A DNA stretch of 63,624 bases, filler included, from Chiloscyllium plagiosum (Eukaryota), in NCBI RefSeq assembly GCF_004010195.1. It is 3 parts of one record of this genome, joined end to end, with 100 filler letters (N's around TTAATTAATTAA, not from the genome) between each part and the next. Parts side by side here need not be neighbours in the genome. Positions count along the whole stretch, not along the records: positions 1 to 30,909 come from NC_057714.1; positions 31,010 to 47,848 come from NC_057714.1; 1 more part is not named here. One strand, 5' to 3'. Under the pieces are notes generated by a model that was not told where the DNA came from, searched no databases, and saw only the letters and a list, made by a program, of their open reading frames with translations. Positions 26,620-39,699 of this stretch are shown one piece after another. Position numbers and translations under genes: made by a program. How positions within the stretch are numbered: the stretch's first letter is position 1; each line of letters opens with the position of its first letter.

Positions 26620-27940
26620 TCAAGACTTTGCCCTTTCCTATAATATCTCTGTACTCTCCTCCAACCCTACAACCCTCTGAAATATCTGCACTTCTCTAAA
26701 CTTGGTTTCCTGTGCATCCCTAATTGTAATCATTGCACTATTAATGACTGCACCTTCAGTGATTGAGACCCTAACCTCTGGAATATCCTCCCAACACTAT
26801 TCCACTTCTGTACTTCACTTTCATCCTTTAAAAGATTTCTTAAGATTTTAACATTACCAGAAAGAGAAAACAAGATGAAGCTTAAAGTTTTGCACTCATC
26901 AGGACCAGGAGACAAGAAACAGCCTTGACTAAATGGATATGTAACTATACAGCATGAGAAGAGGGAGCTGACTGGTTGGGCAATCACTGGAATGAAGATC
27001 CAGCAAGAATAGCTACAAATATAGAAATTGCTGGAAAACCTCAGCAGATCTGGTAGCATCTGTGGAGAGAAAGCAGAATGAACATTTTGGCTTCTGTGAC
27101 CCTACTTCAGAATGGATAAGAACAAATAAGATGAGTAGCTAACTGTCCATCTTAGTTCTCAGACCAGACTGATAGAGTTTGATAGCCAGGGTGTTGCCAC
27201 AGGATTGCAGCAGAGGTTAGCAGTTTCCAAGCCTGCTTTGACCTCCCAGGAGCAAGGTGTGGTGTGTGTACAAAATCTTTTTGCCCATATGAAGCAGGAT
27301 CCTGTGTGTTAATATGTAGCTTCCAGCACATGCCAATGGCTCCTGCTACAAGTGTGACTGATGATCTTAAATTGGTTTCCTGTATAATGCTTACTACTGT
27401 TCTGATTATTTAATAAATGCTTTCCAATAGCAGAATCACATGTAACAGTGGATATACAGCTCTGAGGCTTGTAAGCACAGGCTGGATGAGCATGATCAGT
27501 AAGTGGCCACTATGATTGGTCAATGGAATATGGTATTTGATACAGCCTGTGAGTTGTTGGGATGCTTGACCTAAATATCAGATACTACGTCAACATTTCT
27601 TATTCATGTGATAGGCAAAAATGCTTTTCAGCTTAACGGCAGTAGCCTGTTAGTGGAGAAAACCACTTAAAGGTGTATAGGAGACAACTAACCTCACCTT
27701 TTTTATCCTGCTTCTTGCATCCTAGTCCCAGTGAGTGCAAGATGAAAATCTTTGACTTTGCATCTCCTTTTCGCCATGTTGAAGTTCTGTATTACTAGCA
27801 ATTACTTGCCAAAAACCTACCTTTGTGACCAAATTTTTGTTTTTTCCTTCTGTAGCTTGATCTCATACTTTGTTTTATAATGCTTTTATTAAGTGCCATG
27901 GATGTTTAATTATGTTAGAAGCACTATATAAGATGCTGTT
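26620..27940 (+). mobile_element. Decayed L2-like 3' end split by an unrelated ~0.95 kb insertion (about 26850-27800)
   Basis: L2-like ctcctccaaccctacaaccctc...ctctggaatatcctccc...tccttta resumes at about 27810 (aaaacctacctttgtgacc) and ends aagcactatataagatgctgtt. The insert has inverted gcactcatcaggac / gtcccagtgagtgcaagatgaaaa ends. Confidence 0.45.
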
Positions 27941-29282
27941 CTTAATTTCTGATATATTCACAGCTATGTCTTATGAAGTTATCAAATGCAAAACAGAAAC
28001 CACTTCAATTGAGCAATAATTAGCATTATATATATTTATGACATTGGCTCATTTGGCTCTTCAAAGGCAGAGAATTCCTGAGATTTGAAAACCATAAAGG
28101 GAATTGTGGTAGATTTTTATAAATCTGCAGGCCTTCTCAAAAATGAAATGCAAACAGAAAATGTTGGACGTGCTCAGCAGGTATGGTAGTGGTTTGCGGA
28201 GATTGAACTGATGGAATGTTGCTGAGATGTTGGGGTCTTGTCTGCCTGGGAAGATATGCTGAATCACAAACTAGTTCTAGAGTGGCAAGGGTGACTGACA
28301 GCCTAACCTCTCAAATCAAGGGCGGAGAAATTGCTTGCTGCTAGCCACCAGCCAATAGGAGATTGTCATCTCTATTGATCAGCAGCCCAACAGTGGAGAT
28401 TAACACGCACTGGAGTCCTAGGGCACTCACAGTCACCCAGGCCACTGGTAAGTCGTGTGTGCATGTGTGTGTAAAGGGGCAAGGTGGTTGGTAGCAAAGG
28501 CAGTGTTGTGGCTCTCAGCAGGCCCTTGCCTGGCATGAGCTGGAGGTGTGAGACTGATGTGGTATGGTGCCATACAGAAATACGTACTCCCCCTTTACTG
28601 TTCAGTGCTGGCAACCATAACACTGTGTCTGCCTTTCTGTCTGTGCTAAAAGGCTTTTGCGGATTTGAAAATGCATGAAATACTCAGTGCAAATGCTGGT
28701 CCCTAACTTAGAAACACATATTTAGAATATAACTTACAAGTCAGTGTATGTGGCAAGGGAGGCAGGACTGATCATCCTACCATGAAAATGCATGGGAATT
28801 TATGACAAGGCCACACAGAGTAGACTGAACATTGCAAAACAATGAACAGACATTTTTCACATTTCTAAATGAATTTCTAAATCCACTAATGATTCACACT
28901 TTTTTATTCAGTGTATATATATTGATCCCTATTTTTGAGAGAATTATTTTATGGCTTCAGAGGTTAAGTAATACACCAGCAATCTATGATAACATTGTGC
29001 TAATTCCTAGTGATTGCTTTGTATTTTATGATTGATTATATGTTTTCATTGAATTAGTTGTAGACACCTGAAGTATAAATCACACAAATCAATAAGTAGA
29101 GACTGATGAAGACAGTGAGCAAAAAAAATCAATTCGTGTGAGCATCTATTTGAAGTGGACACTGGAGGGAGGACATTATTAATAAAATATTTAGATGCCT
29201 CATCCCTATGTCCACTCAGAAGCACTGTATCATGGCAAAATTCAACGGATGCTGGAAATAGGAAATACAGGAAATATCTTCG

Positions 29283-30909
29283 AGGAGAAAGTGAGGACTG
29301 CAGATGCTGGAGATCAGAGCTGAAAATGTGTTGCTGGAAAAGCGCAGCAGGTCAGGCAGCATCCAAGGAACAGGAGAATCGACGTTTCGGGCATGAGCCC
29401 TTCTTCAGGAATCCTGNNNNNNNNNNNNNNNNNNNNNNNNNNNNNNNNNNNNNNNNNNNNNNNNNNNNNNNNNNNNNNNNNNNNNNNNNNNNNNNNNNNN
29501 NNNNNNNNNNNNNNNNNNNNNNNNNNNNNNNNNNNNNNNNNNNNNNNNNNNNNNNNNNNNNNNNNNNNNNNNNNNNNNNNNNNNNNNNNNNNNNNNNNNN
29601 NNNNNNNNNNNNNNNNNNNNNNNNNNNNNNNNNNNNNNNNNNNNNNNNNNNNNNNNNNNNNNNNNNNNNNNNNNNNNNNNNNNNNNNNNNNNNNNNNNNN
29701 NNNNNNNNNNNNNNNNNNNNNNNNNNNNNNNNNCTATGGTCTGGCGATGGAGGAGTCCAAGGACCTACATGTCCTTGGTGGAGTGGGAGGGGGAGTTGAA
29801 ATGTTGAGCCACGGGGTGGTTGGGTTGGTTGGTCCGGGTGTCCCAGAGGTGTTTTCTGAAACGTTCCGCAAGTAGGCGGCCTGTCTCCCCAATATAGGGG
29901 AAGCCACATCGGATGCAGCGGATGCAATAAATAATGTGTGTGCAGGTGCAGGTGACTTTGTGGTGGATATGGAAGGATCCCTTGAGGACGTGGAGGGAAG
30001 TAAGGGGGAGGTGTGGGCGCAGGTTTTGCATTTCTTACGATTGCAGGGGAAGGTGCCGGGAGTGGAGGTTGGGTTGGTGGGGGGTGTGGACCTAACAAGG
30101 GAGTCAAGGAGGGAGTGGTCTTTTCGGAACGCTATTAGGGGAGGGGAGGGAAATATATCCCTGGTGGTGGGGTCCGTTTGGAGGTGGCGGAAATGACGAC
30201 GGATGATACGATGTATATGGAGGTTGATGGGGTGGTAGGTGAGGACCAGTGGGGTTCTGTCCTGGTGGTGGTTGGAGGGGGGGGGGGGACTCAAGGGCGG
30301 CGGAGCGGGAAGTGGAGGAGATGCGGTAGAGGGCATCGTCGATCACGTCCGGGGGGGAAAATTGCGGTCTTTGAAGAAGGAGGCCATCTGGGTTGTACGG
30401 TATTGGAAGTAGTCCTCCTGGGAGCAAATGCGGCGGCGACAAAGGAATTGGGAATATGGGATGGCGTTTTTACAGGGGGCAGGGTGGGAGGAGGTGTAGT
30501 CTAGGTAGCTGTGGGAGTCGGTCGGTTTATAGTAAATGTCCGTGTTGATTCGGTCGCCTGAGATAGAAATGGAAAGGTCTAGGAAGGGGAGGGAGGAGTC
30601 TGAGATGGTCCAGGTGAATTTGAGGTCGGGGTGGAAGGTGTTGGTAAAGTGGATGAACTGTTCAACCTCCTCGTGGGAGCACGAAGCATTGATGTAGCGG
30701 AGGAAAAGGTGGGGGGTGGTGCCAGTGTAGCTGCGGAAGATGGACTGTTCCACATATCCTACGAAGAGGCAGGCATAGATGGGGCCCATTCGGGTGCCCA
30801 TGGCTACTCCTTTGGTTTGGAGGAAGTGGGAGGATTGGAAAGAGTAGTTGTTCAGGGTGAGGACCTGTTCAGTCAGTCGAAGGAGGGTGTCAGTGGAAGG
30901 GTACTGGTT
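29283..30909 (-). mobile_element. Penelope-like retroelement fragment (RT plus GIY-YIG endonuclease) with family A terminal repeat; spans an N gap
   Basis: RT motifs MGTRMGPIYACLFVGYVEQ, LPFLD and TDIYYKPTDSHSYLDYTSSHP. GIY-YIG motif IIYCIRCIRCGFPYIGETGRLLAERFRKH...PVAQHFN. Frameshifted. Terminal repeat at 29283-29416; its link to the ORF is across 317 N. Confidence 0.9.
29417..29733. other. Assembly gap (317 N)
   Basis: Read directly. Confidence 1.
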
Positions 30910-31009
30910 NNNNNNNNNNNNNNNNNNNNNNNNNNNNNNNNNNNNNNNNNNNNTTAATTAATTAANNNNNNNNNNNNNNNNNNNNNNNNNNNNNNNNNNN
31001 NNNNNNNNN
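30910..31009. other. 100-nt artificial gap spacer (44 N + TTAATTAATTAA + 44 N)
   Basis: An identical construct occurs at 47849-47948. Confidence 0.95.
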
Positions 31010-31086
31010 CGCCCGAGGCTGGAATCAAATCTGGGACCCCGGTGCTGAGAGGCAGCAGTGCTAACCACTGAGCCACCATGCCACCC
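31010..31086 (-). mobile_element. HE1-like SINE head, truncated by the gap
   Basis: Minus strand reads ggcatggtggctcagtggttagcactgctgcctctcagcaccggggtccc. Confidence 0.75.
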
Positions 31087-31142
31087 CATTGTTATTTAAG
31101 TTTTTCTATTGAGAATAGAGAAAATTTCCATTCTATCTCATA

Positions 31143-31568
31143 ATTGGGATTGTATTCATTGGAGTTTAGAAGATTAAGGGGAGATCTAATTGAAACTTAC
31201 AAAATAATACATGGCTTGGAGAGGGTGGACGCTAGGAAATTGTTTCCGTTAGGTGAGGAGACTAGGACCCGTGGACACAGCCTTAGAATTAGATGGGGTA
31301 AATTCAGAACAGAAATGCGGACACATTTCTTCAGCCAGAGTGTGGTGGGTCTGTGGAATTGCCACAGAGTGCAGTGGAGGCTGGGACGCTAAATGTCTTC
31401 AAGGCAGAAATTGATAAATTCTTGATGTCACAAGGAATTAAGGGCTACGGGGAGAATGTGGGTAAGTGGAGTTGAAATGCCCATCAGCCATGATTGAATG
31501 GCGGAGTGCACTCAATGGGCCGAATGGCCTTACTTCCGCTCCTATGTCTTATGGTCTAATGGTCTTAT
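31143..31568 (+). mobile_element. CR1-type LINE 3' fragment with (tatggtct)n tail
   Basis: ORF 31144-31392 (LGLYSLEFRRLRGDLIETYKI...TRGHSLRI). Confidence 0.9.
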
Positions 31569-31885
31569 TATGGAAGCATTGGTGGTGACCTTTCAGGAAT
31601 CACTGGAGATAGGGAGGGTCCCAGAGCACTGATAACAGCTGATGGAACATCCCTGTTTAAGTAGGAACAAAGCAGAAGATAGGCCAGTTAGCCTCCCTCA
31701 GTCATTAGTAAGATTTTAGAGTCTATTATTAAGGATTGCAAAGTTTTTGGAAGACCATGATAAAATAGAACTGAGCTAGCAAGGGCAGGTCATGCCTGAT
31801 AAATCTATTAGAGTTCCTTAAGGAGGTAACAAGCATTTAGACAAAGGAAAGCCAGTGGAACTGATCTGTTTGGATTTCCAGAAGG

Positions 31886-32110
31886 TGAGTTTTGAGAAGA
31901 TTTATAGCTCAGGTTGAAGTTCTGTATGTAGGTTTTCTCACTGAGCTGGAATGTTCACTTTCAGATGTTTTGTTACCATACTAGGTAACATCAGTGAGCC
32001 TTCGGTGAAGCACTGGTGTTAGTGACCCACTTCCTATTTGTGCTTAGGTTTCCCTGGGTTGGTGATGTTATTTCCTGTTTTTTTTTCTCAGAAGGTGGTA
32101 ATTGGCCTTT
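31886..32110 (-). mobile_element. Penelope-type terminus related to family B, inserted into the CR1
   Basis: 13-bp TSD gatttccagaagg at 31873-31885 and 32111-32123. Starts tgagttttgagaagatttatagctc, like 42496 aaagtttgtgagaagatttttagctc. Confidence 0.7.
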
Positions 32111-32360
32111 GATTTCCAGAAGGCCTTTGACAAGGTGCTGCACAGAAGGCTTCTAAATATAAGAGCCAGTGTTACAGGCATGAATAAAGGATTGGCTGAT
32201 TGATAGAAGGCTGAGAATGGGGATAAGAGGGTCTTTTCCAGGATGGCAGCCATGGTGATGTTATTTCCTGTTTTTTTTTTCTCAGAAGGTGGTAATTGGC
32301 CTTTGATTTCCAGAAGGCCTTTGACAAAGTGCTGCACAGAAGGCTTCTAAATATAAGAGC

Positions 32361-32561
32361 TGAAACTTTATTGCTGGAACAGCACAGCAGGTCAGGCAGC
32401 ATCTAGGGAACAGAAGATTCGACGTTTCGGGCACATGCCCTTCTTCAGGAATGTGCCCGAAACGTCGAATCTTCTGTTCCCTAGATGCTGCCTGACCTGC
32501 TGTGCTGTTCCAGCAATAAAGTTTTAGCTTTGATCTCCAACGTCTGCAGACCTCACTTTCC
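32361..32561. mobile_element. Fold-back Penelope-type termini (family A subfamily)
   Basis: 17-bp TSD cttctaaatataagagc at 32344-32360 and 32562-32578. Inverted arms of about 75 bp. Confidence 0.9.
32417..32452 (-). ncRNA. Candidate minimal type I hammerhead ribozyme (best-formed copy)
   Basis: Minus strand reads auuc-CUGAAGA-a-gggc(augu)gccc-GAAAC-GUC-gaau, with perfect 4-bp helices I and II. Confidence 0.6.
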
Positions 32562-35500
32562 CTTCTAAATATAAGAGCCAGTGTTACAGGCATGAATAAA
32601 GGATTGGCTGATTGATAGAAGGCTGAGAATGGGGATAAGAGGGTCTTTTCCAGGATGGCAGCCAGCAACTAGTGGAGCTCCACAGGGGTCAGTGCTGGGA
32701 CAACAACTATTCACATTATACATTAACGATCTGAACAACTGAACTGAGGGCTTTGTTGCTAAGTTTACAGATGACACAAAGATAGGTGGAGGGACAGGTA
32801 GTATGGAGGAAGTAGGGAAGCTGCAGAAGGATAACAGGTTATGCTAAATGACAGATGGCATACAATGTGGGAAAGTGTAAGGTTGTGCATTTTGATAGGA
32901 AGAACAGAGGCAGAGACTTTAGTTTTGGGCTCTAAGGAAAAATGTGCTGGCATTGGAGGAAGGCCAGAGGAGGTTTACAGGAATGATCCTGCGAATGAGA
33001 AACAGTTGAGCACTCTGGTCTATATTCAACAGAATTTAGCAGGATTGGGGTGGGAGGGGGAGATCTCAGTGAAACTTACAGAATGCTGGAAGGCCTGGTT
33101 TGACTGAATGTGGAGAAGGTATTTCCACTAATAGGAAAGATTAGGATATGGGGCACAGCCTCATAGTGAAGGGACAAGCTTTTAGAACTGACATGAGGAG
33201 GAATTTCTTCAGCCAGAGGTTGGTTAATCTGTGGAACCCATTGCCACAGAGGGCTGTGGAAGTCAAGTCATTGAATGAATTTAAGACAAAGATAGAGTGG
33301 CTCTTGATTAGTAAGTGGATCAAGGGCTATGGGGAGAAAGTAGAAGAATGGGGTTGAGAAACCTGATCGAATGGCTAGGTAGTTTCGATGGACCAAATGG
33401 CCTAATTCTGTTCCTGCGTATTGTAGTTGTCTTATGGTTGCATCAACATATTTAAGAAATTGCAATGAGGTTTCTGCTCTGTATGCAATTGATGTTCAAA
33501 ATAAATGCTAATTATGACAATTTAAGGACCCTCCATGTAGACCTGAAAACAGTGCAATGAATGGGAACTCCAAATTTATGGTTTGGGATGATTTTTAAAG
33601 ACAATTGTTTTTCATCAGCTCAAAGAATTGCAGAAATTAAATTTGCACTGAATATAACATGCACATAAAGTTCTGCAAATGCCAAGGAACCGTCAAATTG
33701 CTCTCTAATATACTTTTGTTAAGTACAAAAGGATGAGTTCTTAACTCATTCTTAAACTGGAGCAATTTGAATTCATTTGAGATCTAATTTAAAACTGTTC
33801 AAGTTTAAAATTGCAGAAGATTGCAAAGTTTACTTTCCTGGTTTCATAATTTGCACAGAATTTTCCAAGTCTGATTCATATCAGAGCTTGGTTATGATCT
33901 GGTGAGCTTGGCTGCCCTGTCAATCACTACCCTTTTTTGCACTTTGCTCTATTCTTGAATAGTGTCTGCGATATATCTGTCTTTATGATCAGATGCTGTT
34001 TTCCCTCTTGGTTTTTGGCCCTGAAAATAATTTCTTTGGAAAGATTGTTCTGACCATAGGTACCAACCCAATCATTTTACTTATTTTATCCAAATTATCA
34101 TCTAACTTGTGCATTAAGAAAAGAAATGAAGTGTAAATAGCATCCTGACAGAAAGAAACCAAATGACATATAGAGTCCTGACTACAATTAACTCTATATT
34201 TAGTACTTTTAAAACTTAGAATTCTGCCTTCACCACAAATATATAAACTGTCATTTTTACTTTACAATGATCTGTTTCAGATCTCGATTTACTGTCCCTG
34301 CAAAAATTGTATCTAGAATTCAAGTATAGCAGTTTTTCAGAAGACTTTGCTTGCCATGATAACAATCCCTTCAATGCTATTAACATACCAACCTGGCATT
34401 GTTATGATCTGATGTCCTTCTGAATATTTAATTGAGCATATGATTAAATGATACTAGAACTTGGTATGCATCCTTATCTCTAACTAACAATAACTGGGAA
34501 ACTATTTCAATTACTTCTAAATCTGATAATTTTAAATATGTGTGTATTCACAGCTAGACTGTCAGTTAGACATGGCAAAAGTAGTTCATTATTGTATCAA
34601 ATTCCTAACCTGTATTTCTTGAAGCTATTTTGGAAATGGAGTTCTGCATCTCCAAAAATTTTGAGTAACATATTACTTGAACTTTACTTTTTTGGGAAGG
34701 CATGAATTCTCACGCCTTCCTTGATCTCATTAGCTTTTTATAGTGAGGAAAAAAAATTACACTCACAATCAGCTGCAGAGATCAGCTTATTCAGTCATTG
34801 CATCCCTAATTCATAACACATAAATAACCTGTTTGCCATTTTGTCACTCTGATTTCAGGCTCATTGCTTTAAATTTCTCACTTTTCTCTCTAAAGTTCCA
34901 ACTATGATACCATCATCAATCTCCACCCTTCCCCAACATATCCAACCCTGTTAAAAACATCCACTTCAGACAAAGACTGTTACATTGGATGTATTTCAAT
35001 ACAGCGCAGAACAGGTCCTTCCTTTAACCCAAAATGGCAAGTATTGTGAAACACACAAAATACTATGCAAAAATATTTTCCAGCCTTAAATTTTCATTGA
35101 TTACGTTAGACTATAAGGTGTAGAAGCAGAGATGGGCCTATTTGGTCCATCGAGTTTACTCCCACAATTCAATGACTCAGAACAAAGCCAATTGTTGCAC
35201 ATGAATCTATGAGCAAAGTGCTATAGCCTTGTAGCCTAAGTGGACAAGAATGTGTACAAAGATTGTTAAAGAGGTACTATGCTTAGAACGATTGACCCCA
35301 ATGACTCCACCTTCCCTAAACCAGCTGACTGGTTGCGAGGGTGAAGCTTTTAGAGTCTTGTGATATTGCAATCAGGAGCTTGCAAATTTGTTATTGGCAG
35401 ATATAAAATGCTACATCATCACTTGGGAGGAATTCCAGAATGGATATTTGGATTCATAAAAATAGAAAATGTTGAAAAAATTCAGCAAGTGAGTGTTGCA

Positions 35501-38500
35501 CAACCGAGTGCCAGCAGTGAACAGTTGTAGTGAAGTGCTGTCTTCTTACCACCTTCTTACTAAATGAACAAAAATAGCTAAGACAGCTCCTGGTGGGTCG
35601 CTGTAACAAAAGTCATAAGATCCATGAATTGTGAAATCTACACTGACTCTCTCTGCTGCTGTTGACTTTAAGGCTGGCTGGAGTAATCATCATGGTAACA
35701 GAATTATGGACCCGTGAACATTCGCTTTTAAGTGATTTATGAAGAGAGAGCTGTTTCGACCTCAACTCCCTAAACACGCCATGCATGAAACCTTGACACT
35801 GTTGCTTCACATTCTGTCAATGCCCAGAGGTGTTTTTAGCTTCTAGACATCAGAGAAACGGAAGTGAACAGTCCAATGCAATCCAACAGAGTATCTGCGG
35901 CAGAAATTCCTGGCGTTTCTCTATGGGCATGAGGAGAACCTCATCTGGGGCACCAAGTCACCTTCCAGTTCTCTTTTGTCCTCAGTGCTCACAAAACTGA
36001 TGCTCTATCCTCCTCCAGGTTGTTGCCTCTGAATTAGATCGTCCCCACTGTGAGCGTGGTGGGGCTTATTGTGGTGTCACTGGTTAGAACTGCCAAATCA
36101 AAAGTCACACCAAGAATTGATAACTCTCTTTTAAATCAGATGGCTCACTCAATGATACTGGGATAGAGCTGGGCTGTACTCCCCACCAGTGGACTGTCAC
36201 CTCTTCTACCCTACCACCACACTCCCAGCATAGTCCTACAGCAGAAAGATCCTCCAAGGGACCAGACATATCTGATGTAAAATCCTGGTTTAGGGGTGAG
36301 GCCCCCTCCCTTTGGGCAATATCACCCAGCAGCTTCATGGGTGGCATGTTTCCAGAACAGTCCTTGGTCAGGCCTGGCAGAATGTCATGGACATCAGGGT
36401 GGTTACCTGCAGATGTAGCCCACAAGAAGTTCAGTATCACTGTGGATGTCCATGGTGGAGGGTTGGAGATCTTCACCGCAATGAGGGAGGTGTGGAGATG
36501 GAGGGCATGTTACAGACACCACTGTCGCTTTGGCAGAGGAAATAATTTGAAGGCTTGCCTTTCCACCTATGAGGCATAGCCACTCTTTCAGGAGGACATC
36601 AAGGCCACATGCTCCCTTCCTTCTTCTTCTCCCAGGAAAATGATATGTTAGGACTGGGCCCATACTGCATGGGGTGTGCACAAAAGCTCGGAATTCCACG
36701 TTTTCAAAACTTAACATCATGAGAAAGCATGTCGGGCTTGTCTTATATGGTCAAAGGACCTGCTTGGTTAACAATGGTAGAAGATGAGTCACAAGTGAAT
36801 CATTACAAGAATTTGCACTTGTCTTAACAGATCCATGTAGTTTGTTGCATAATAGCAATAAGTACAATGTACATTGGCTAGTTAGACCTCATTACTATGA
36901 CCTCATTACTATGATAATATATCTGACCACATCAGGGATTTTGAGACAAGCTCCTCTTTTCCCAACTCGAGACTTGATGATGTGATCAGATTGGATGGGG
37001 TTAATGTAGTCTTCAACATTAACATTTTTAGAACCATTACATCTTAACATATGGAGAGAAAAAGCAACATTAACATTTCAGGCCAATGGCCTTTCATTCA
37101 AACACAGATCAGGATTTTTCTTCAGGGTTTTTAAATTAATTGTACATGGTGTTATATCCTGAGGCATTTCTGTTCATTTTTCCCCAATGCAATTTCAAGC
37201 CTTTTTTGCCTTGTACTGAGTTATGTTATTTTAAATGCAATCCAGGACAGAAACATCTTCATTTCATTCATTTATGTCCTGCTCTTGGCATTTTGTCTGC
37301 TGGTGCCTACATTCTGAGTTATTTTCTTGGCTTGATATCTCAAGCGGCGATTTGCACTTACCTTCTGCACACAGGGGCAAGCTGAGGAAACACACTCCAA
37401 GTCTACCTCAACTGCAATGATATTGTTCCCAACTAGATATCTGCAAGCTGCAAAGTAAATTGAGTGAGTGTGAAGTGATTTACAGGATGCTAGCCTATTA
37501 ACACAGCTCCCCATAACTACTCCCAACATGTGAAGCTCCTCTCCACATTTGTGAATTTGCCAAATGTTTTACAACTTGGGGCATGAGTGAAAGAGTCTGT
37601 GTGGCAAAGTGCATTTGAATATTACGCAGTCTGACAGAATAAAAGTTATGATTGTGTGATAACTACAGTCAGTTTTAAACTAGCGCGCAATGAATAACTG
37701 AAGATAGAGCGACAAAACTACACTTATGTAGCTGCTCCAGTCTAATGAAAAGTCCCAAAATGCTTCATATGAGCATTCTAAAACAAAATGTGACTCTGAG
37801 AAATATAAGGCTATATTAGTTCAAATGATTAAAAGCTTGATTAGCAACCTTAAAATGGGCAAAATTGCCTTCTCCTTGATGTGCTGAGTATAATGGTGAG
37901 CAAGGTTACTGAATCAACAAGAATGAAAGATTCATCTGATTAAGTCCTTAAGCTTTAAATGATGTGTTCGGGATCTATCCCTTGAACGGAGATAAGTTCA
38001 TTTCCACATATTTGCACCTCCTCAATACAATAACCTGTCTTATTAACATCATACTTGCAATCTTCTTCTCCTCCAGAAGAGAAATAGCACAAAAACCCAA
38101 CAAGTAAAACCGGACTGAAACAGAGCATGTAGCCTGCTCCTGCTTCCAGGTTCAGAAATCTCTGTTGCGCAGAAGGAAAAAAGGACTTTTAGGAAATGGA
38201 GCTGGTGACTTGTCTCATCCATGTCTAGGAATGGCTGTGCTGGACATCAGCTTCTCTTAACATGGATCCACCATGGTCAATGGTTATATTCTTATTATCA
38301 ATGTAACTTCACATTAACAAAGCACCAGCCTCTCACATTCATTGTGCCTAGTCCCAGAGCTACTCAAACATCACTTCACTTCAGAGCTTCAGCCATTTTA
38401 ATTGGAGTTGCAAGGGCAGTTTTTGCATAGGGACAGCCAGGCCGCACATGTATCTATTCAGAATTTAGTGCTGTCATGGAGCCAGGCATGTGCCATAGCT

Positions 38501-38711
38501 TGGTTTTTGGTTATTAAGGTCTTTTGCACTCGCTTAAAAGTATTCAGTCTCTCTGTTCTAACCTGTGTTTTTTTTTTATTGCGCAAGGTATTTAGTGCTG
38601 AATTACAGCCTGGTAGCCTCTCTATCATAGCATGCTACTTTAACACAGAAGGAGAGGCAGGCAGCTTATGACAGTGGGAAGCATGGAACAGTAGATATTA
38701 TAGTCAGAGGA

Positions 38712-39190
38712 GGAACGGCCTGGTACAGCAACTGCTCTGCCCAGGACTGTAAGAAACTGCAGATGGTTGTGTGCACAGCCCAGACCATCACAGAAGCCAA
38801 CCTTCCATCAATGGACTCCATTTACACTTCTTGTTGCCAACATCATCAAAGATCCCTCCCACCTCGGCAATGTTCTCCTCCAACCTCTTCCATCAGGCAG
38901 ACGATACAGAAACCTGCTCATGCACCTACAGGTTCAAGAACAGCTTCATCCTTGCCAGTATTAGACTGATGAATGGAATCTCTAACTTCAAATAATGCTG
39001 ATCTTGTTAATGTTGTTCTTGCCTCACACACGCCCTGTAAGGTGTAACCTGTATGTCATTCTCTGTCCAAGTCTTTTTTCACCCTATGATCTGCATGTCC
39101 TTGCTTACTATGATCTGCCTGTACTGCTCGCAAACAATGCTTTTCACTGTATTTAGGTACACGTGACAAGAACTCAAATAATCAATCAAG
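38712..39190 (+). mobile_element. Rex1/Babar-type LINE 3' fragment
   Basis: TAWYSNCSAQDCKKLQMVVCTAQTITEANLPSMDSIYTSC...NIIKDPSHLGN.LLQPLPSGRRYR...RFKNSFI..IRLMNG, with an (aatc)n tail. Confidence 0.8.
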
Positions 39191-39699
39191 GTTGACCTGT
39201 TGCTACATCAACATCAGAGCTGCTGCATGCTAGAATCTTACCTGGCGAACACATAGGATCATATTGAAGGAAGTGGCCATGTGTGAAAGTCAATGGGGAT
39301 AATTATTTTGTGGGATGGTGTTGATCTCTAGTCGGCCAAAGAGTAAATCAATGTCATCCAAGAAGCTGGCCAGATTCCAATCTTATGGTTAGCCACTGTC
39401 AATTGGGTGCTGGTCCAATGCAAGTCTGTGTTCTGTCCACCTTAAAGTCTGGGAATGGGCCTGAGTCAGATCTACTGGCCAGTGTAAAAGGTCAGGGCAT
39501 TACTCATAGGTCAGTTGGTATGCTATTGGGGAATCAGTTCAGAGGGAGGACCATGGTCAGTCAGCAACACCCTGACAAATTAATCTGGAGGGAGCTGGTA
39601 AAACAATGTCAGTAATGTATGTTTAGTCATTAATAATTGGGGGTTTATCAGAGCGGTTTGTGGTGTTCTGACGATGGGCTTCATTGCACACAAGCTCAT

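Larger units (their letters stand above)
31570..33440 (+). mobile_element. Old CR1-type LINE carrying nested Penelope-type insertions and a 193-bp tandem duplication
   Basis: Remnants of RPVSL, LDFQKAFDKV, SGAPQGSVLG, KFTDDTKIGG and FRTDMRRNFFSQRLVNLWNPLP. Confidence 0.8.

Noticed and set aside
29155..30107. Long ORFs of 160-251 aa
   Set aside because: Inflated by runs of N and Penelope sequence.
30954..30965. TTAATTAATTAA palindrome as a homeodomain binding site
   Set aside because: It is embedded symmetrically in N runs and repeated at 47893, so it is an assembly linker.
33992..34060. ATG...G|GTACCA phase-1 segment (MLFSLLVFGPENNFFGKIVLTI) as VWDE exon 1; also MEWWLGLVTICL at about 45013
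   Set aside because: Poor signal-peptide character or no suitable donor, so neither is supportable.
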